From assembly GCA_963845565.1 (NCBI GenBank), contig CAWJSJ010000005.1, forward strand, positions 672,001 through 736,000: a DNA stretch of 64,000 bases. Reading direction: 5' to 3'. Shown here in pieces: positions 1 through 10,109 of the stretch. Both the position numbers and the translations under genes were made by a program. The stretch comes from an uncultured Methylomirabilota bacterium (GTDB lineage: Bacteria; Methylomirabilota; Methylomirabilia; Methylomirabilales; 2-02-FULL-66-22). Below the pieces are notes generated by a model that saw only the letters and a program-made list of their open reading frames with translations, made no database searches and was not told the origin of the DNA. How positions within the stretch are numbered: the stretch's first letter is position 1; each line of letters begins with the position of its first letter.

Positions 1-1983
1 GGCGGGCGGCTGCAGTCCCTCACCATCGCCTGGGACGTCCAGAAGAAGCGCTGGTACTCGCTGTACCCCGACCAGGTCGTTCCCCCGACGGACTGGCTCC
101 ACTGGACCCGGCCGGCCCAGAACTGGAACGTGATGTGCTCGGAGTGCCACTCCACGGGAGTCCGCAAGCGGTACGATCCGGAGCACGACACCTACCAGAC
201 CACCTGGAGCGAGATCTCCGTGGGTTGCGAGGCCTGCCATGGGCCGGGCTCTCTGCACGTGGAATGGGCCAAGGCGCCGCCCATGGCCCGGCTGTCGGTG
301 GAGAACTTCGCGCTCCCGGTGAAGACGTCCGGACTGGTCAACCGGGACCTGGTAAACCTGTGCGGCCCCTTGTGCCACGCGCGACGCAGCGGGCTCCGGG
401 ACCAAGAGCGGCCGGGCGGGGAGCCGCTCGACGTCGTCCTCCCCGTTCTCCTCAGCCCGGGGTTGTTCTATCCCGACGGGCAGATTCTGGAGGAGGATTA
501 CGAGTATCACTCGTTCCTCCAGAGCAAGATGTATGCGAACGCGGTGAAGTGCAGCGACTGCCACGACGTCCACACGGCCAAGCGGCACAAGGAAGGGAAC
601 GACCTGTGCGTCCGCTGCCACCGGGCGGACACCTACGACACGGATACGCACCACTTCCACAAGAAGGTCGTCAAGGGACGGCCCAGCGAAGGGGCGTCCT
701 GCCCTGCCTGCCACATGCCCGGGCGCAACTACATGGGGATCCATTTCCGGCGGGACCACAGCCTGCGGGTACCGCGCCCGGACCTCTCCGTCCAGATCGG
801 GACGCCCAACGCGTGCAGCTCGTCCGGCTGTCACGCCGACAAGCCGCTGCGCTGGGTCGTGGAGGCGTACAACAAGTGGTACGGCGTCAAGCGCAAGCCC
901 CACTACGGGACGGTCCTGGCCGCCGCCCGCGAGCGGAAGCCCGAGGCCAGAGGAGATCTGCTGGAGCTGGCCGCTGACCGCCTGCGGCCCGCCATCGTCC
1001 GTGCCACGGCCCTGGACCTCCTCTGGGTCTATCCCGGCGAAGACAGCACGCGCCTGCTCCAGCAGGCCCTGGCGGACGAGGATTCCCTGATCCGCCGCAC
1101 GGCGGCACACCATGTCCGGTTCGCGGATCCGAAGCCGTTGGTCAACGTCCTGGCCCCGCTGCTCAAGGATCCCACGCTGGCCGTCCGGATTGAGGCGGTC
1201 TCGCGGCTGGCCGAGGTGCCGCAGACGTTCTTCACGGAGGCTCAGGCGCGAGATTTCAAGAGCGGCCTGGAGGAATACCGGAAGGTCCTGGCGTACACCG
1301 CGGACATGCCCTCCGGTCGCTACAACTGGGCGATCCTGGAGCAGAATCTGGCCCGGCCGGACCTGGCGGAGCAGCAGTACCGCAAGGCCCTGGCCATTGA
1401 CGATCAGTTCTTCCCGGCTCAGGCGAATCTCGCCTTGCTCCTGAACCGGCAGGGCAAGAACGCCGAGGCGGAGCAGCTTCTGAAGGCGGCCCTCAAAGCG
1501 AACCCCAGGAACGCCGGCGTGGCCTTCAACCTGGGGCTGCTCTTGGCAGAGGAGGGGAAGACGGCCGAGGCGGAAACCGCCCTCCGGACCGCCCTGAAGG
1601 CCGATCCCCAGATGGCGCCGGCCGCCTACAACCTGGCGGTCCTCGTCGCCCCCAAGAATCTCGCGGAAGCGCTGGAGCTGAGCCGGAGGGCGGCGGCGCT
1701 TCGCCCCGAGGAGCCTCGATACGCCTTCACGCTTGCCTTCTACCAGCGCCAGCGGGGCGACGCGCCGGCAGCCATGACGACGCTGCAGGCGCTCCTCGCA
1801 CGCCACCCCGCCTACGGGGAGGCCTACCTGCTCCTCGGTGAGCTCTACGTCAAGGCGAGCAAGGTGCCGGAAGCCCGACAGCTCTTCGCGCGGGCCCTGG
1901 AGGTGAAAGAGCTACCCGATGCGTACCGGACCCGGATCGCGTCGCTGCAGCAGAACCTCGCGGGGTCGGATGCGAAGCAGTGA
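1..1983 (+). CDS. Multiheme c-type cytochrome with HEAT and TPR repeats (5' end lies before the window)
   Basis: CxxCH motifs CSECH, CEACH, CSDCH, CVRCH, CPACH, plus atypical CGPLCH and CSSSGCH. HEAT-like segment (LADEDSLIRRTAA) and C-terminal TPRs. Frame is open upstream of 130. Confidence 0.9.
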   Translation, partial: GGRLQSLTIAWDVQKKRWYSLYPDQVVPPTDWLHWTRPAQNWNVMCSECHSTGVRKRYDPEHDTYQTTWSEISVGCEACHGPGSLHVEWAKAPPMARLSVENFALPVKTSGLVNRDLVNLCGPLCHARRSGLRDQERPGGEPLDVVLPVLLSPGLFYPDGQILEEDYEYHSFLQSKMYANAVKCSDCHDVHTAKRHKEGNDLCVRCHRADTYDTDTHHFHKKVVKGRPSEGASCPACHMPGRNYMGIHFRRDHSLRVPRPDLSVQIGTPNACSSSGCHADKPLRWVVEAYNKWYGVKRKPHYGTVLAAARERKPEARGDLLELAADRLRPAIVRATALDLLWVYPGEDSTRLLQQALADEDSLIRRTAAHHVRFADPKPLVNVLAPLLKDPTLAVRIEAVSRLAEVPQTFFTEAQARDFKSGLEEYRKVLAYTADMPSGRYNWAILEQNLARPDLAEQQYRKALAIDDQFFPAQANLALLLNRQGKNAEAEQLLKAALKANPRNAGVAFNLGLLLAEEGKTAEAETALRTALKADPQMAPAAYNLAVLVAPKNLAEALELSRRAAALRPEEPRYAFTLAFYQRQRGDAPAAMTTLQALLARHPAYGEAYLLLGELYVKASKVPEARQLFARALEVKELPDAYRTRIASLQQNLAGSDAKQ

Positions 1984-1985
1984 TC

Positions 1986-2033
1986 GGGCGAATTGGCAAT
2001 TCGGCAATTGGGCAACTTGGCGATCGGGTCAGC
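1986..2033 (+). repeat. Degenerate 8-nt periodic array (NGGCAATT family)
   Basis: GGGCGAAT TGGCAATT CGGCAATT GGGCAACT TGGCGATC GGGTCAGC. Confidence 0.8.
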
Positions 2034-2593
2034 TATTGGCGATTGAGGATTTGACGGAGCCGCGGTCCCGTCTGATCGTCCTCCTTGAGCTCCAGGAGCG
2101 GCGTCAGTTCCTGCCAGACGAGTCCCTCATCGAGCCGGCCGTGTTGCCGGACGGTGATTCCCTCGATGTCGATCCAATCCTGAGCACGGCCTGCGAAAGC
2201 CTTGAAGACGATGAGATCTTCGGCGCCGCAGGTCAGTAGGGAGACGCCTTCCGCCACGAAGAAGGGCGAGGACCGACGCACCGACCGCTCCTCGAAGGGC
2301 ATGGCACCCAGGGCCACGTCGAGAGGGATCCCGTCCCGGCCAAGTAGAAGGAGGACCCGATGCTGCAGCCCGAACGCGCGGGCATCGGGAATGCGGGGCG
2401 CGAAGGCGGACAAGAAGTGGTCCGCGTATTCGGCTTCCCGTCCGAATCCGCTGATGACGGTGAGGTCGACGTCTTGCGTGAGGCGGGGCTCACCCCAGCG
2501 CTGAAGGGCCAAGCCACCAATGAAACAGAAGTCAAACCCCCGGGCTTGGCAAAACGCCTGGACCTCCAAGGCGGCGACGAAGATCGGGTTCAC
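2033..2593 (-). CDS. Nucleotidyltransferase-fold protein (AbiEii/DUF6036-like), putative TA component
   Basis: IGGLALQRWGEPRLTQDVD and EDLIVFKAFAGRAQDWIDI motifs. The GTG start overlaps the upstream TGA stop (GTGA coupling). Confidence 0.8.
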   Translation of the reverse strand: MNPIFVAALEVQAFCQARGFDFCFIGGLALQRWGEPRLTQDVDLTVISGFGREAEYADHFLSAFAPRIPDARAFGLQHRVLLLLGRDGIPLDVALGAMPFEERSVRRSSPFFVAEGVSLLTCGAEDLIVFKAFAGRAQDWIDIEGITVRQHGRLDEGLVWQELTPLLELKEDDQTGPRLRQILNRQ

Positions 2594-2823
2594 AGGGAAG
2601 GGCGGCGGTGGAAGAGGGCCTGCTGCTCGACGAGCCCGGACCAGCAGACGCGCCCAGGGTTGAGGGTTACCGTCGTCACCAGGGAAAGGAGAGCCTCGCT
2701 GGCGGCCAGGGCACGTTCTTCGGAGAGGTGCAGGAGTTCCTCGCGGCGTTTCGCCGCGAGGGCGGGTCCGGCCTCGTTCCACTGTCGCACCCATTCGCGG
2801 TGGGTGGCGGCCTCAAGGGTCAT
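2590..2823 (-). CDS. Small hypothetical protein, likely partner/antitoxin of the nucleotidyltransferase
   Basis: 77-aa ORF with GGAGG RBS, translationally coupled to the NTase gene. Confidence 0.65.
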   Translation of the reverse strand: MTLEAATHREWVRQWNEAGPALAAKRREELLHLSEERALAASEALLSLVTTVTLNPGRVCWSGLVEQQALFHRRPSL

Positions 2824-2893
2824 ACCCGTCCTCCGGGCTACTTCGACTGTTGACAGGAATCATGATATACGACCGCTGGCGATTCATCAACCG

Positions 2894-2949
2894 CTTTGCC
2901 CAGGCGCCTGATTGCCGAATTGCCCAATCGCCAACCTCCCCAATTGCCG
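2894..2949 (-). repeat. Degenerate 8-nt periodic array (NGGCAATT family), inverted relative to 1986-2033
   Basis: GATTGCCG AATTGCCC AATCGCCA ACCTCCCC AATTGCCG. Confidence 0.8.
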
Positions 2950-3034
2950 GCGTGTGGTCGTGAGGGTGGGGGAGAACCCGTCAAAAGAGCGACTATCCGT
3001 ACCATGAAAAACGAATACTGTAGTTTCGAATTTC

Positions 3035-3538
3035 ATGGTTCGACAGCTTCCACCGTGGCACGAGAATCTGCAGAAGCGACAGGTCAAGGCGCCGAAAGTC
3101 TACCTCCGGGACACCGGGCTCCTCCATCAACTCCTCGGCCTTCGGACCGGACAAGAACTGGTGGCGCATCCCAAGTGCGGCGCGTCCTGGGAAGGGTATG
3201 CGATCGAAGAGACGCTAAAGCTGCTGCAGCCGGACGACGCGTACTTCTGGGCGACGCACAACGGTGCGGAGTTGGACCTGCTGCTCTTCACGCGCGGGCG
3301 GAGGCTTGGTGTAGAGGTCAAGCGAGCGGATGCGCCCACGCTGACACCGTCGATGCGAATCGCCCTCACTGATCTCCGTCTCGACCACCTTACGGTGCTC
3401 TACCCGGGTACGAAACCGTACTCGCTCGCCGACCGCGTCAGTGTGATGCCCCTCACAGCGCTGGCGGAAGGGCGAATAGAGACCCTCTTTCCGTCCCGCG
3501 GCGGCGGTCGGATGCCACGGAAAGCAACGCCTCCGTAA
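3035..3538 (+). pseudogene. C-terminal DUF4143 part of an AAA_14/DUF4143 ATPase; ATPase domain missing
   Basis: MVRQLPPWHENLQKRQVKAPKVYLRDTG and AELDLL...GVEVK motifs; no Walker A region upstream. Confidence 0.75.
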
Positions 3539-3732
3539 TCCGCACCACAACGCCTTTCGTACGCATCGTCACCAGCGACGAATCGGAGGTGGCGTATTCT
3601 TTAATCCTGACCTCGCCCCGCTCACCACCTCTCACTTACCCAGTTGCGGCCTTCTCCAGTTGTCCCCCCAATTACCACTCACCCGCTTGTCAAATTGCCA
3701 ACTCTCCAGCCTTCCCAATCTACTAATTGTGA

Positions 3733-3767
3733 TGCCGGCATTACGGCACGTTGCCGAAATATCGGCG
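3733..3767. promoter_or_regulatory. Tandem palindromes TGCCG-N6-CGGC(A/G), candidate enhancer-binding-protein sites
   Basis: tgccggcattacggca and tgccgaaatatcggcg, about 100-135 bp upstream of a GG-N10-GC motif. Confidence 0.55.
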
Positions 3768-3865
3768 TTTCAAGTAAGCTAGATCATGCCTAAAGAATCA
3801 AAAGAATCATTGGATAGTCCTTCATTTAAAAAGAGTTACGGCCACGAAATCTGAACACAGATCTC

Positions 3866-3882
3866 CTGGAATGGATATTGCC
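3866..3882 (+). promoter_or_regulatory. sigma54 (-24/-12) promoter
   Basis: CTGGAATGGATATTGCC = GG-N10-GC with TTGC, upstream of the ABM gene and downstream of an AT-rich stretch. Confidence 0.65.
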
Positions 3883-3966
3883 AACTAGACTTGTGTTGTT
3901 CCAGTTTTCTCCGTGGTTCCACGCGTCATCCTTCACCGAATGGCGCAGGCAGAAGGCGAGGCGGTG

Positions 3967-4288
3967 ATGATTCATGCGATGGTCAGGATGGTGCTGCCCG
4001 CCGAGCGGTTGAGTGAAGTCATGACGATCCTTAGCCCGATGGTCGAGCGGACCAGGGCAGAACGCGGGTGCCTCGATTGCCATCTCTACCGGGACGCCAT
4101 GGAAGAGGCCGTTCTCACCTTTGAGGGCACGTGGGCGAGCGAGGCCGACCTGGAACGGCATCTCCGTTCTGAGGAATACCGGCAATTGCTCCTGGTCATG
4201 GAGCTGGCGAAGGTGCCGCCTGAGGTTACGGTTCGACAGGGTGTCGCACTCGACCGGCCTCGAAACCATCCAGGCCGTCAGGGGCTGA
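3967..4288 (+). CDS. ABM-family (putative quinol) monooxygenase; 1-bp frameshift near 4228
   Basis: TRAERGCLDCHLYRD...EGTWASEADLERHLRSEEY; the alternative frame ends TGLETIQAVRG-stop. Confidence 0.75.
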
Positions 4289-4397
4289 GTCGAGGATGGG
4301 GATTCCCACCATCGGCCGTCAAGAGTCGCTGGGCCGCGGACCAGGCACGGACAAAGATAGGCAGGATCAAACACCAGGAAGATCGAGGATCGAACCG

Positions 4398-4799
4398 ATG
4401 ACACCTTATGCGAGGCCGATTGTTCTCCTTGTGTCCTGTCTCGCCCTGTCGCTCTTGACCGGTTGCAGCAGTGTGGCCGTCAGGACGGTCCGATTCACGG
4501 AGGTGCCATCGTATCCGCCGACGTACGCGGACATCGTCCAAGTGCTGCGGGCCGAGCCGGCCCGGCCGCACGCCAGGCTTGGCGAGGTCTATGTCGAGCC
4601 GGAAGGCGACGCATCGGTGGAGGCGATCGAGGCGGGACTCCAGAAGGGCGCCGCGCCGCTCGGGGCCGACGCGGTGGTGATCGTGGCGGATCGGACGCTG
4701 AAGATGGGCGCCCTCGTCGAGACGTCGTGGGTGAAGCGCGAGGCGTTACCGACCCCCGACCGGGTGGTCGTGGGTGTGGCCATCCGGTATCTTCAGTGA
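4398..4799 (+). CDS. Hypothetical lipoprotein (YbjQ-like fold possible)
   Basis: Lipobox LLTGC; AAPLGADAVVIV motif. Confidence 0.7.
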   Translation: MTPYARPIVLLVSCLALSLLTGCSSVAVRTVRFTEVPSYPPTYADIVQVLRAEPARPHARLGEVYVEPEGDASVEAIEAGLQKGAAPLGADAVVIVADRTLKMGALVETSWVKREALPTPDRVVVGVAIRYLQ

Positions 4800-4977
4800 G
4801 GAGGATGCGACGAGAGTGTCTGAAGCGAAAAGTGTCAACAGAAGCACAAATGCACAGGTGTTTCGATCGCTAGCTGCCGGAAAGGCAGCGCGAGTAGAAG
4901 AATGGGCCTTGATCGTTGGACCGTGAGACGATGAGTTCGAGTCAGGGAGAACGTCGGAGGAGTGTCCAGGTCATGCT

Positions 4978-5067
4978 TCAGCCATACTTGCCGCCCCGAA
5001 GCAGCGCCTTCACTTCATCGTGGCTGCCCAGGAATGCAACAAAGAGAATGGAGAGAGGCCTAGCCAA
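4978..5067 (-). pseudogene. Internally deleted RelE/ParE-like toxin remnant (29 aa)
   Basis: TTG start overlaps the antitoxin stop; MARPLSI-LFVAFLGSHDEVKALLRGGKYG; GSHD resembles the RelE/YafQ C-terminus. Confidence 0.55.
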
Positions 5068-5338
5068 TCAGCTTCCTCAGCTCTTCGGCTGTGACGGTGA
5101 CCAGCTTTCCGGAACGCTTGAGTCTGCGGTAATAGCCGTCGGTGGCTTCTTCGACGGCGGCGACTTGGTCCGCTGTGGCCCCATATTCGCGCTGCGCGTA
5201 ATCCGTGGATTCAACTTCCACTTTGCGCAGGGCGATGATGTCCGCGCCGCAGACAATACCGATATCTTCGCCGCGAGAAGCAGCAGCCAGCCACCGACTC
5301 AGGTTCTTCTTGGCGTCCGTGATCGTCAGAGTCTTCAT
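5060..5338 (-). CDS. Phd/YefM-like antitoxin
   Basis: N-terminus MKTLTITDAKKNLSRWLAAASRGEDIGI. Confidence 0.75.
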   Translation of the reverse strand: MKTLTITDAKKNLSRWLAAASRGEDIGIVCGADIIALRKVEVESTDYAQREYGATADQVAAVEEATDGYYRRLKRSGKLVTVTAEELRKLIG

Positions 5339-5591
5339 AAGGACTCTGTACAGCCTCCAATAAGTCCTTGTCAAGGAACTTGTCCGGCGGGCAAGCGAGA
5401 ACGGATCAGGGGGGAGGACAGCGGGAGGGGGGAGACGGGTCGGACACAAATCAGCGTCGTTCCGCGCCCAGTCTCCCGCATCGGTATGCACCTGGACGGC
5501 AAGAGGGCGGCCAGAGCGAAAAACGATGAATTTCACGTAAGGGGTCGGAAAGGGCTTTCGGGAAGTGTATTGCAATGAAGGGAGAAAAGAG

Positions 5592-8093
5592 ATGAGGTAC
5601 ACCACGAAAGTCTGTTCCCTGTTGTTTGCGGTAATTGCGTGTGCTGGCGCTCGTGGCCGGGCCGGTCGCGGCGCAGCAGGTCACGGGCGAGTTGGGTTCG
5701 CCCAGCGCCACGACCACGCTCGACGGGAAACAGCTTCCGCCGCCCGATCCGCAATTCGGCGGGGTGATCAAGGAGAAGGCCGCGGAGTCGAAAGCCTGGT
5801 GGGCGCCACGCGTCGTGCCGCCGAAGGGCGCGCCCAACGTGCTGCTCATCATGACGGACGATGCGGCTTCGGCGCGCCGGGCACGTTCGGCGGCGTCGTT
5901 CCGACACCGGCACTGGATCGCATCGCGAAGAGCGGGCTGCGCTACACGAATTTCCATTCCACGTCGCTCTGCTCGCCGACGCGCGCGGCCTTGATCACCG
6001 GGCGCAACCACCACGTGGCCGGCTTCGGCGTCGTGGGCGAAATCGCGACCGGATTCCCGGGCTACGACTCGGTCATCCGGAAGGAGAACGGCACCATCGG
6101 CACCATCCTGAAGGAGAACGGGTACGCGACCTCGTGGTTCGGCAAGAATCACAACACGCCCTTCTACCAGGCGACCCAGGCCGGGCCCTTCGACCAGTGG
6201 CCGAACGGCATGGGCTTCGAGTATTTCTACGGCTTCGTCGGCGGCGACGCCAGCCAGTGGCAGCCAAACCTGTACCGCAATACGACGGCCATCTACCCCT
6301 TCGAGGGCAAGCCCGGCTGGAACCTGACCACGGCCATGGCCGACGAGGCGATCCAGTACATGAAGGAGATCAAGGAGATCGCGCCCGACAAGCCGTTCCT
6401 CGTCTATTACGTGCCGGGCGGCACGCACGCCCCGCATCATCCGACGCCGGAGTGGATCAAGAAGATCAGCGACATGCATCTCTTCGACGCGGGCTGGAAC
6501 AAGGTGCGCGAAACCATCTTCGCCAACCAGAAGCGGCTGGGCATCATGCCCGCCAACGCCCAGCTGACCCCCTGGCCGAAGGAACTGCCCGAGTGGGATT
6601 CCCTCGGGTTGGGAGGAGAAGAAGCTCTTCATCAAGCAAGCCGACGTGTACGGGGCATACCTCGCGTACACCGACCACGAGATCGGCCGCGTCATCCAGG
6701 CGGTCGAAGACCTGGGCCAGCTCGACAACACCCTGATCATCTACATCAGCGGCGACAACGGCGCGAGCCCCGAAGGGATGCTCAACGGCACGCCGAACGA
6801 GTTCACCTACCTTCAATGGCGTTCCCGTGCCGGTCAAGGACCAGTTCCTCTGGTACGAGTTCTGGGGGTCGGAGCGGACCTTCCCGCACTTTGCGGCACC
6901 CTGGGCGTGGGCGATGGACACGCCGTTCAAGTGGATCGAAGCAGGTGGCGTCGCATTACGGCGGGACGGCCCAGGGCGTGGCCATGTCGTGGCCCGGCCA
7001 CATCAACGACGTGGGCGGCATCCGCCGCCAGTTTCACCATGTCATCGACATCGTGCCGACCATCCTCGAAGCGACCGGCATCCCGGCGCCGGAGACGCTC
7101 AACGGCATCAAGCAGCGCCCCATGGACGGCGTGAGCATGGCCTACACCTGGGACAAGGCGAATGCCAACGCGCCCACCCGGCACACCACGCAGTATTTCG
7201 AGATGCTCGGCAACCGCGCCATCTACCACGACGGCTGGGTGGCGTGCACGACCCCGGCGACGCTCCCGTGGGAACTGAGCACCGCCGCGCCGCCCGACGT
7301 GATCACCGGGTACAAGTGGGAACTCTACAACGTCGCGGAGGATCCCACCGAGTTCAACGACCTGGCGGCCCAAATGCCGGACAAGCTCAAGCAGTTGCAG
7401 GACATCTTCTACGCCGAGGCGAAGAAGCATGACGTGCTGCCGCTCGACAACTCGACGCTGGCAGCGCTGGAACGCGCCGAAGCCGAGCCTCACGGCGGGA
7501 CGAACGGTCTTCACCTACTCCGGGAGTGCTGACCGGCGTCCCCAACAGCGGCGCTCCGAGCATCCTGAACAAGTCGTACACCATTACCGCCGAGGTCACG
7601 ATCCCCGAAGGGCGGCGCGGAAGGCATGATCGTCACCGACGGCGGCCGCTTCGGCGGCTACGGCCTGTTCTTGAGCAAGGGCGTGTTGGGATTCGGCCGG
7701 GGCAAGCCGGTGTTTCTCTACAACCTGCTCGACCTCAAGCGCACGACGTGGGAAGGGCCGGCGCTGAGCCCGGGCAAGCACACCATCGTCTTCGACTTCA
7801 AGTCCGATGGCCCGGGCCTGGGCAAGGGCGGGACGGGCGTGCTCTCCGTGGACGGCAAGGAAGTGGCCAGAAATTCCATGGAACACACCACCCCGATCAC
7901 GTTCCCGGAGGACGAGACCTTCGACATCGGCCAGGACACGCGCACCGGCGTCGCGATGATCGAGTATCGCTACGATGTTCCGTTCAAGTTCACCGGCACG
8001 ATCAACAAGCTCACCTTCAACCTCGGCCCGCAGCAGTTGACGGCCGAGGAACGCGAGGAGATGCAAAAGACCGTCGCCAAGGCACGCGACTAG
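5592..8093 (+). CDS. Secreted Cys-type arylsulfatase 1 (several 1-bp frameshifts)
   Basis: APNVLLIMTDD, LCSPTRAALITGR, GKNH; continues over several ORFs to FKFTGTINKLTF. Confidence 0.92.
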
Positions 8094-8146
8094 CGGCGGA
8101 TGCGCAACATCCGGTGTAGAGCGCGGAAGGAGCAGAGGTAGGCGCG

Positions 8147-8525
8147 ATGAGAAGGGTGCTTGTTCTCGCTGCCGTCGGCGAAGCCGCGACCGGGGTGGCG
8201 TTGCTGATTGTTCCGTCGCTCGTCGGGCGGTTGTTGTTGGGTGAGGAACTTGACCGGCGTCGCCATCCCGGTCGCGCGGGTGGCCGGCATTGCCCTGATC
8301 GCCCTGGGCCTGGCCTGCTGGCCGGGTAGCGATGCGGACAGTAGTCCTTCCCGGGCGTTTCGGGCAATGCTGTTTTATAGCCTGCTCGCCACACTGTACC
8401 TCGCCTATCTGGGCATCGGTGGCGAGTGGGTCGGGCGCCTGTTGTGGCCGGCGGTGGCGATCCACGCCATATTGACGATTCTTCTGGTTCGCGCATGGCT
8501 GAAAGAGCATCGTGCCAGCCAGTAG
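8147..8525 (+). CDS. Small multi-pass membrane protein (frameshift near 8250)
   Basis: Hydrophobic helices across two overlapping ORFs. Confidence 0.65.
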
Positions 8526-8705
8526 AAACCCCGGGAACAGCGCCGGGGAATTTAGCCCTGATCGGGCGAAACCGTTTCACCGCCAGGACGCCACCGGTGG
8601 CCACCAAGGTACACACCCTGAACGCGCCGCAGGGCGCACGCCGGAAGAATGAAAAAGAGAGAGTCACGAGTGAGCCGACCGATGACTGAAGAGAGGAGGC
8701 AACCC

Positions 8706-9266
8706 ATGAAGAATTCCAGTGAGCTTTACAGGAGCCTGAGCCGAGTCTGCCTGGTGCTTCTCCTGGTCGTGGCCCCGCTATCGTTGGCGGCGTGTGCGAC
8801 GACTTCGACGACTTCGTCCGACACGCCCCAGCTCATGTTCGTGCAGAGCGCGGAGGATCTCAGGGTCGATGCCGCCAAGAGTACTCTCCGGCTGGTGAAG
8901 GTCAGCCAGCAGACCCTGTACTTCTCGGATCGGCCGCAGCGCCTCGCCGGGCACCTGAAAATGGCCGACTACCTCAAGGAATGGACGGCAGCCGCCGGCA
9001 AGGACAATTTTGGCGCGGACCCGCCCAACGCGGCGCTCTCCGTCTATGAGCCGGGACAACCCAACAACACGCTGGTCATCGTGAAGATCACCAACCCGGT
9101 GGTCGACGGTGCGGACCTGATCTACACCTATAAGATTCTCAAAGGCACGATGCCCCCCGGGGGCGGGGCGGCGTCCCTGTTCATCGATTGGATCGGGGTC
9201 GGCGGCGGCGTCGGCCGCGGCTTCCACGGCGTCGGCGTGGGCCTCCGCGGTCCCGGTGTCTTCTAG
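8706..9266 (+). CDS. Hypothetical lipoprotein
   Basis: RBS GAGGAGG, lipobox LAAC, LYFSDRPQR motif, Gly-rich tail. Confidence 0.75.
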   Translation: MKNSSELYRSLSRVCLVLLLVVAPLSLAACATTSTTSSDTPQLMFVQSAEDLRVDAAKSTLRLVKVSQQTLYFSDRPQRLAGHLKMADYLKEWTAAAGKDNFGADPPNAALSVYEPGQPNNTLVIVKITNPVVDGADLIYTYKILKGTMPPGGGAASLFIDWIGVGGGVGRGFHGVGVGLRGPGVF

Positions 9267-9307
9267 CCGTGAGCCGAGATTCTTCAACCGCCAAAAAGGA
9301 GACCAGG

Positions 9308-10090
9308 ATGAGTACGTTGAAGGTCAGAACGCTCGCAGTATTGGTCGCCTTCGGGGCGCTCGCGCTGTCGGCGATTCTCGCCGCAGAGGTCCGGGCACAG
9401 ACACCGGCGGTGGATCCGGCCGCCACGCAGATCCTGAAGCGGATGACCGACTACGTCGGCAGCCTGAAGCAGTTCAGCGTGCACACGCAGAACACGCTGG
9501 AGGATGCCCTCGACTCGGGGAACCGGATCGATCTCGACGTCTCGGCGAACGTGATCATCAGCCGGCCGAACAAGCTCCGCGCCGAGCGCAAGGGCGATCT
9601 CGTCAGCCAGATCTTCGTCTACAACGGCAAGACGCTGACGCTCTACAACCCGGCCGACAAGGTCTACGCGACGGAGCCGGCGCCGGGGACGATTGAAGGG
9701 GTGCTCGACTTCACGCGCGAGTCGCTCGGGCTACTCGTCCCGGTCGCCGATTTGGTCTACCGAAATGCGTACGAGTTGCTGATGCAGGAGGTGACCTTCG
9801 CGGCAGTGATCGGCAAGTCCGCGATCAATGGGGTCAAGTGCGATCACCTGCTCTTCAGCCGCCCCGGGGTCGACTTTCAGGTCTGGGTCACCGCGGGTGG
9901 CCGGCCGCTCCCACGCAAGTACGTGGTCACGGACACCGCCACGGCCGCGCGGCTGAGCGTCGTATCGGTCATGAGCAACTGGAACGTGGCTCCCGCCGTG
10001 GCCGATGACCGGTTCGCCTTCGTACCGCCCAAGGGGGCCAAGCCGATCACGTTCATGCGACTGGACAAGCCCAGCGGCGCGGGCCGCTGA
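9308..10090 (+). CDS. DUF2092 periplasmic protein (copy 1)
   Basis: Signal peptide; SRPNKLRAERKGD, CDHLLFSRPGVDFQVWV, PLPRKYVVT motifs. Confidence 0.85.
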   Translation: MSTLKVRTLAVLVAFGALALSAILAAEVRAQTPAVDPAATQILKRMTDYVGSLKQFSVHTQNTLEDALDSGNRIDLDVSANVIISRPNKLRAERKGDLVSQIFVYNGKTLTLYNPADKVYATEPAPGTIEGVLDFTRESLGLLVPVADLVYRNAYELLMQEVTFAAVIGKSAINGVKCDHLLFSRPGVDFQVWVTAGGRPLPRKYVVTDTATAARLSVVSVMSNWNVAPAVADDRFAFVPPKGAKPITFMRLDKPSGAGR

Positions 10091-10109
10091 CACGCACGGG
10101 AGGATTCAC

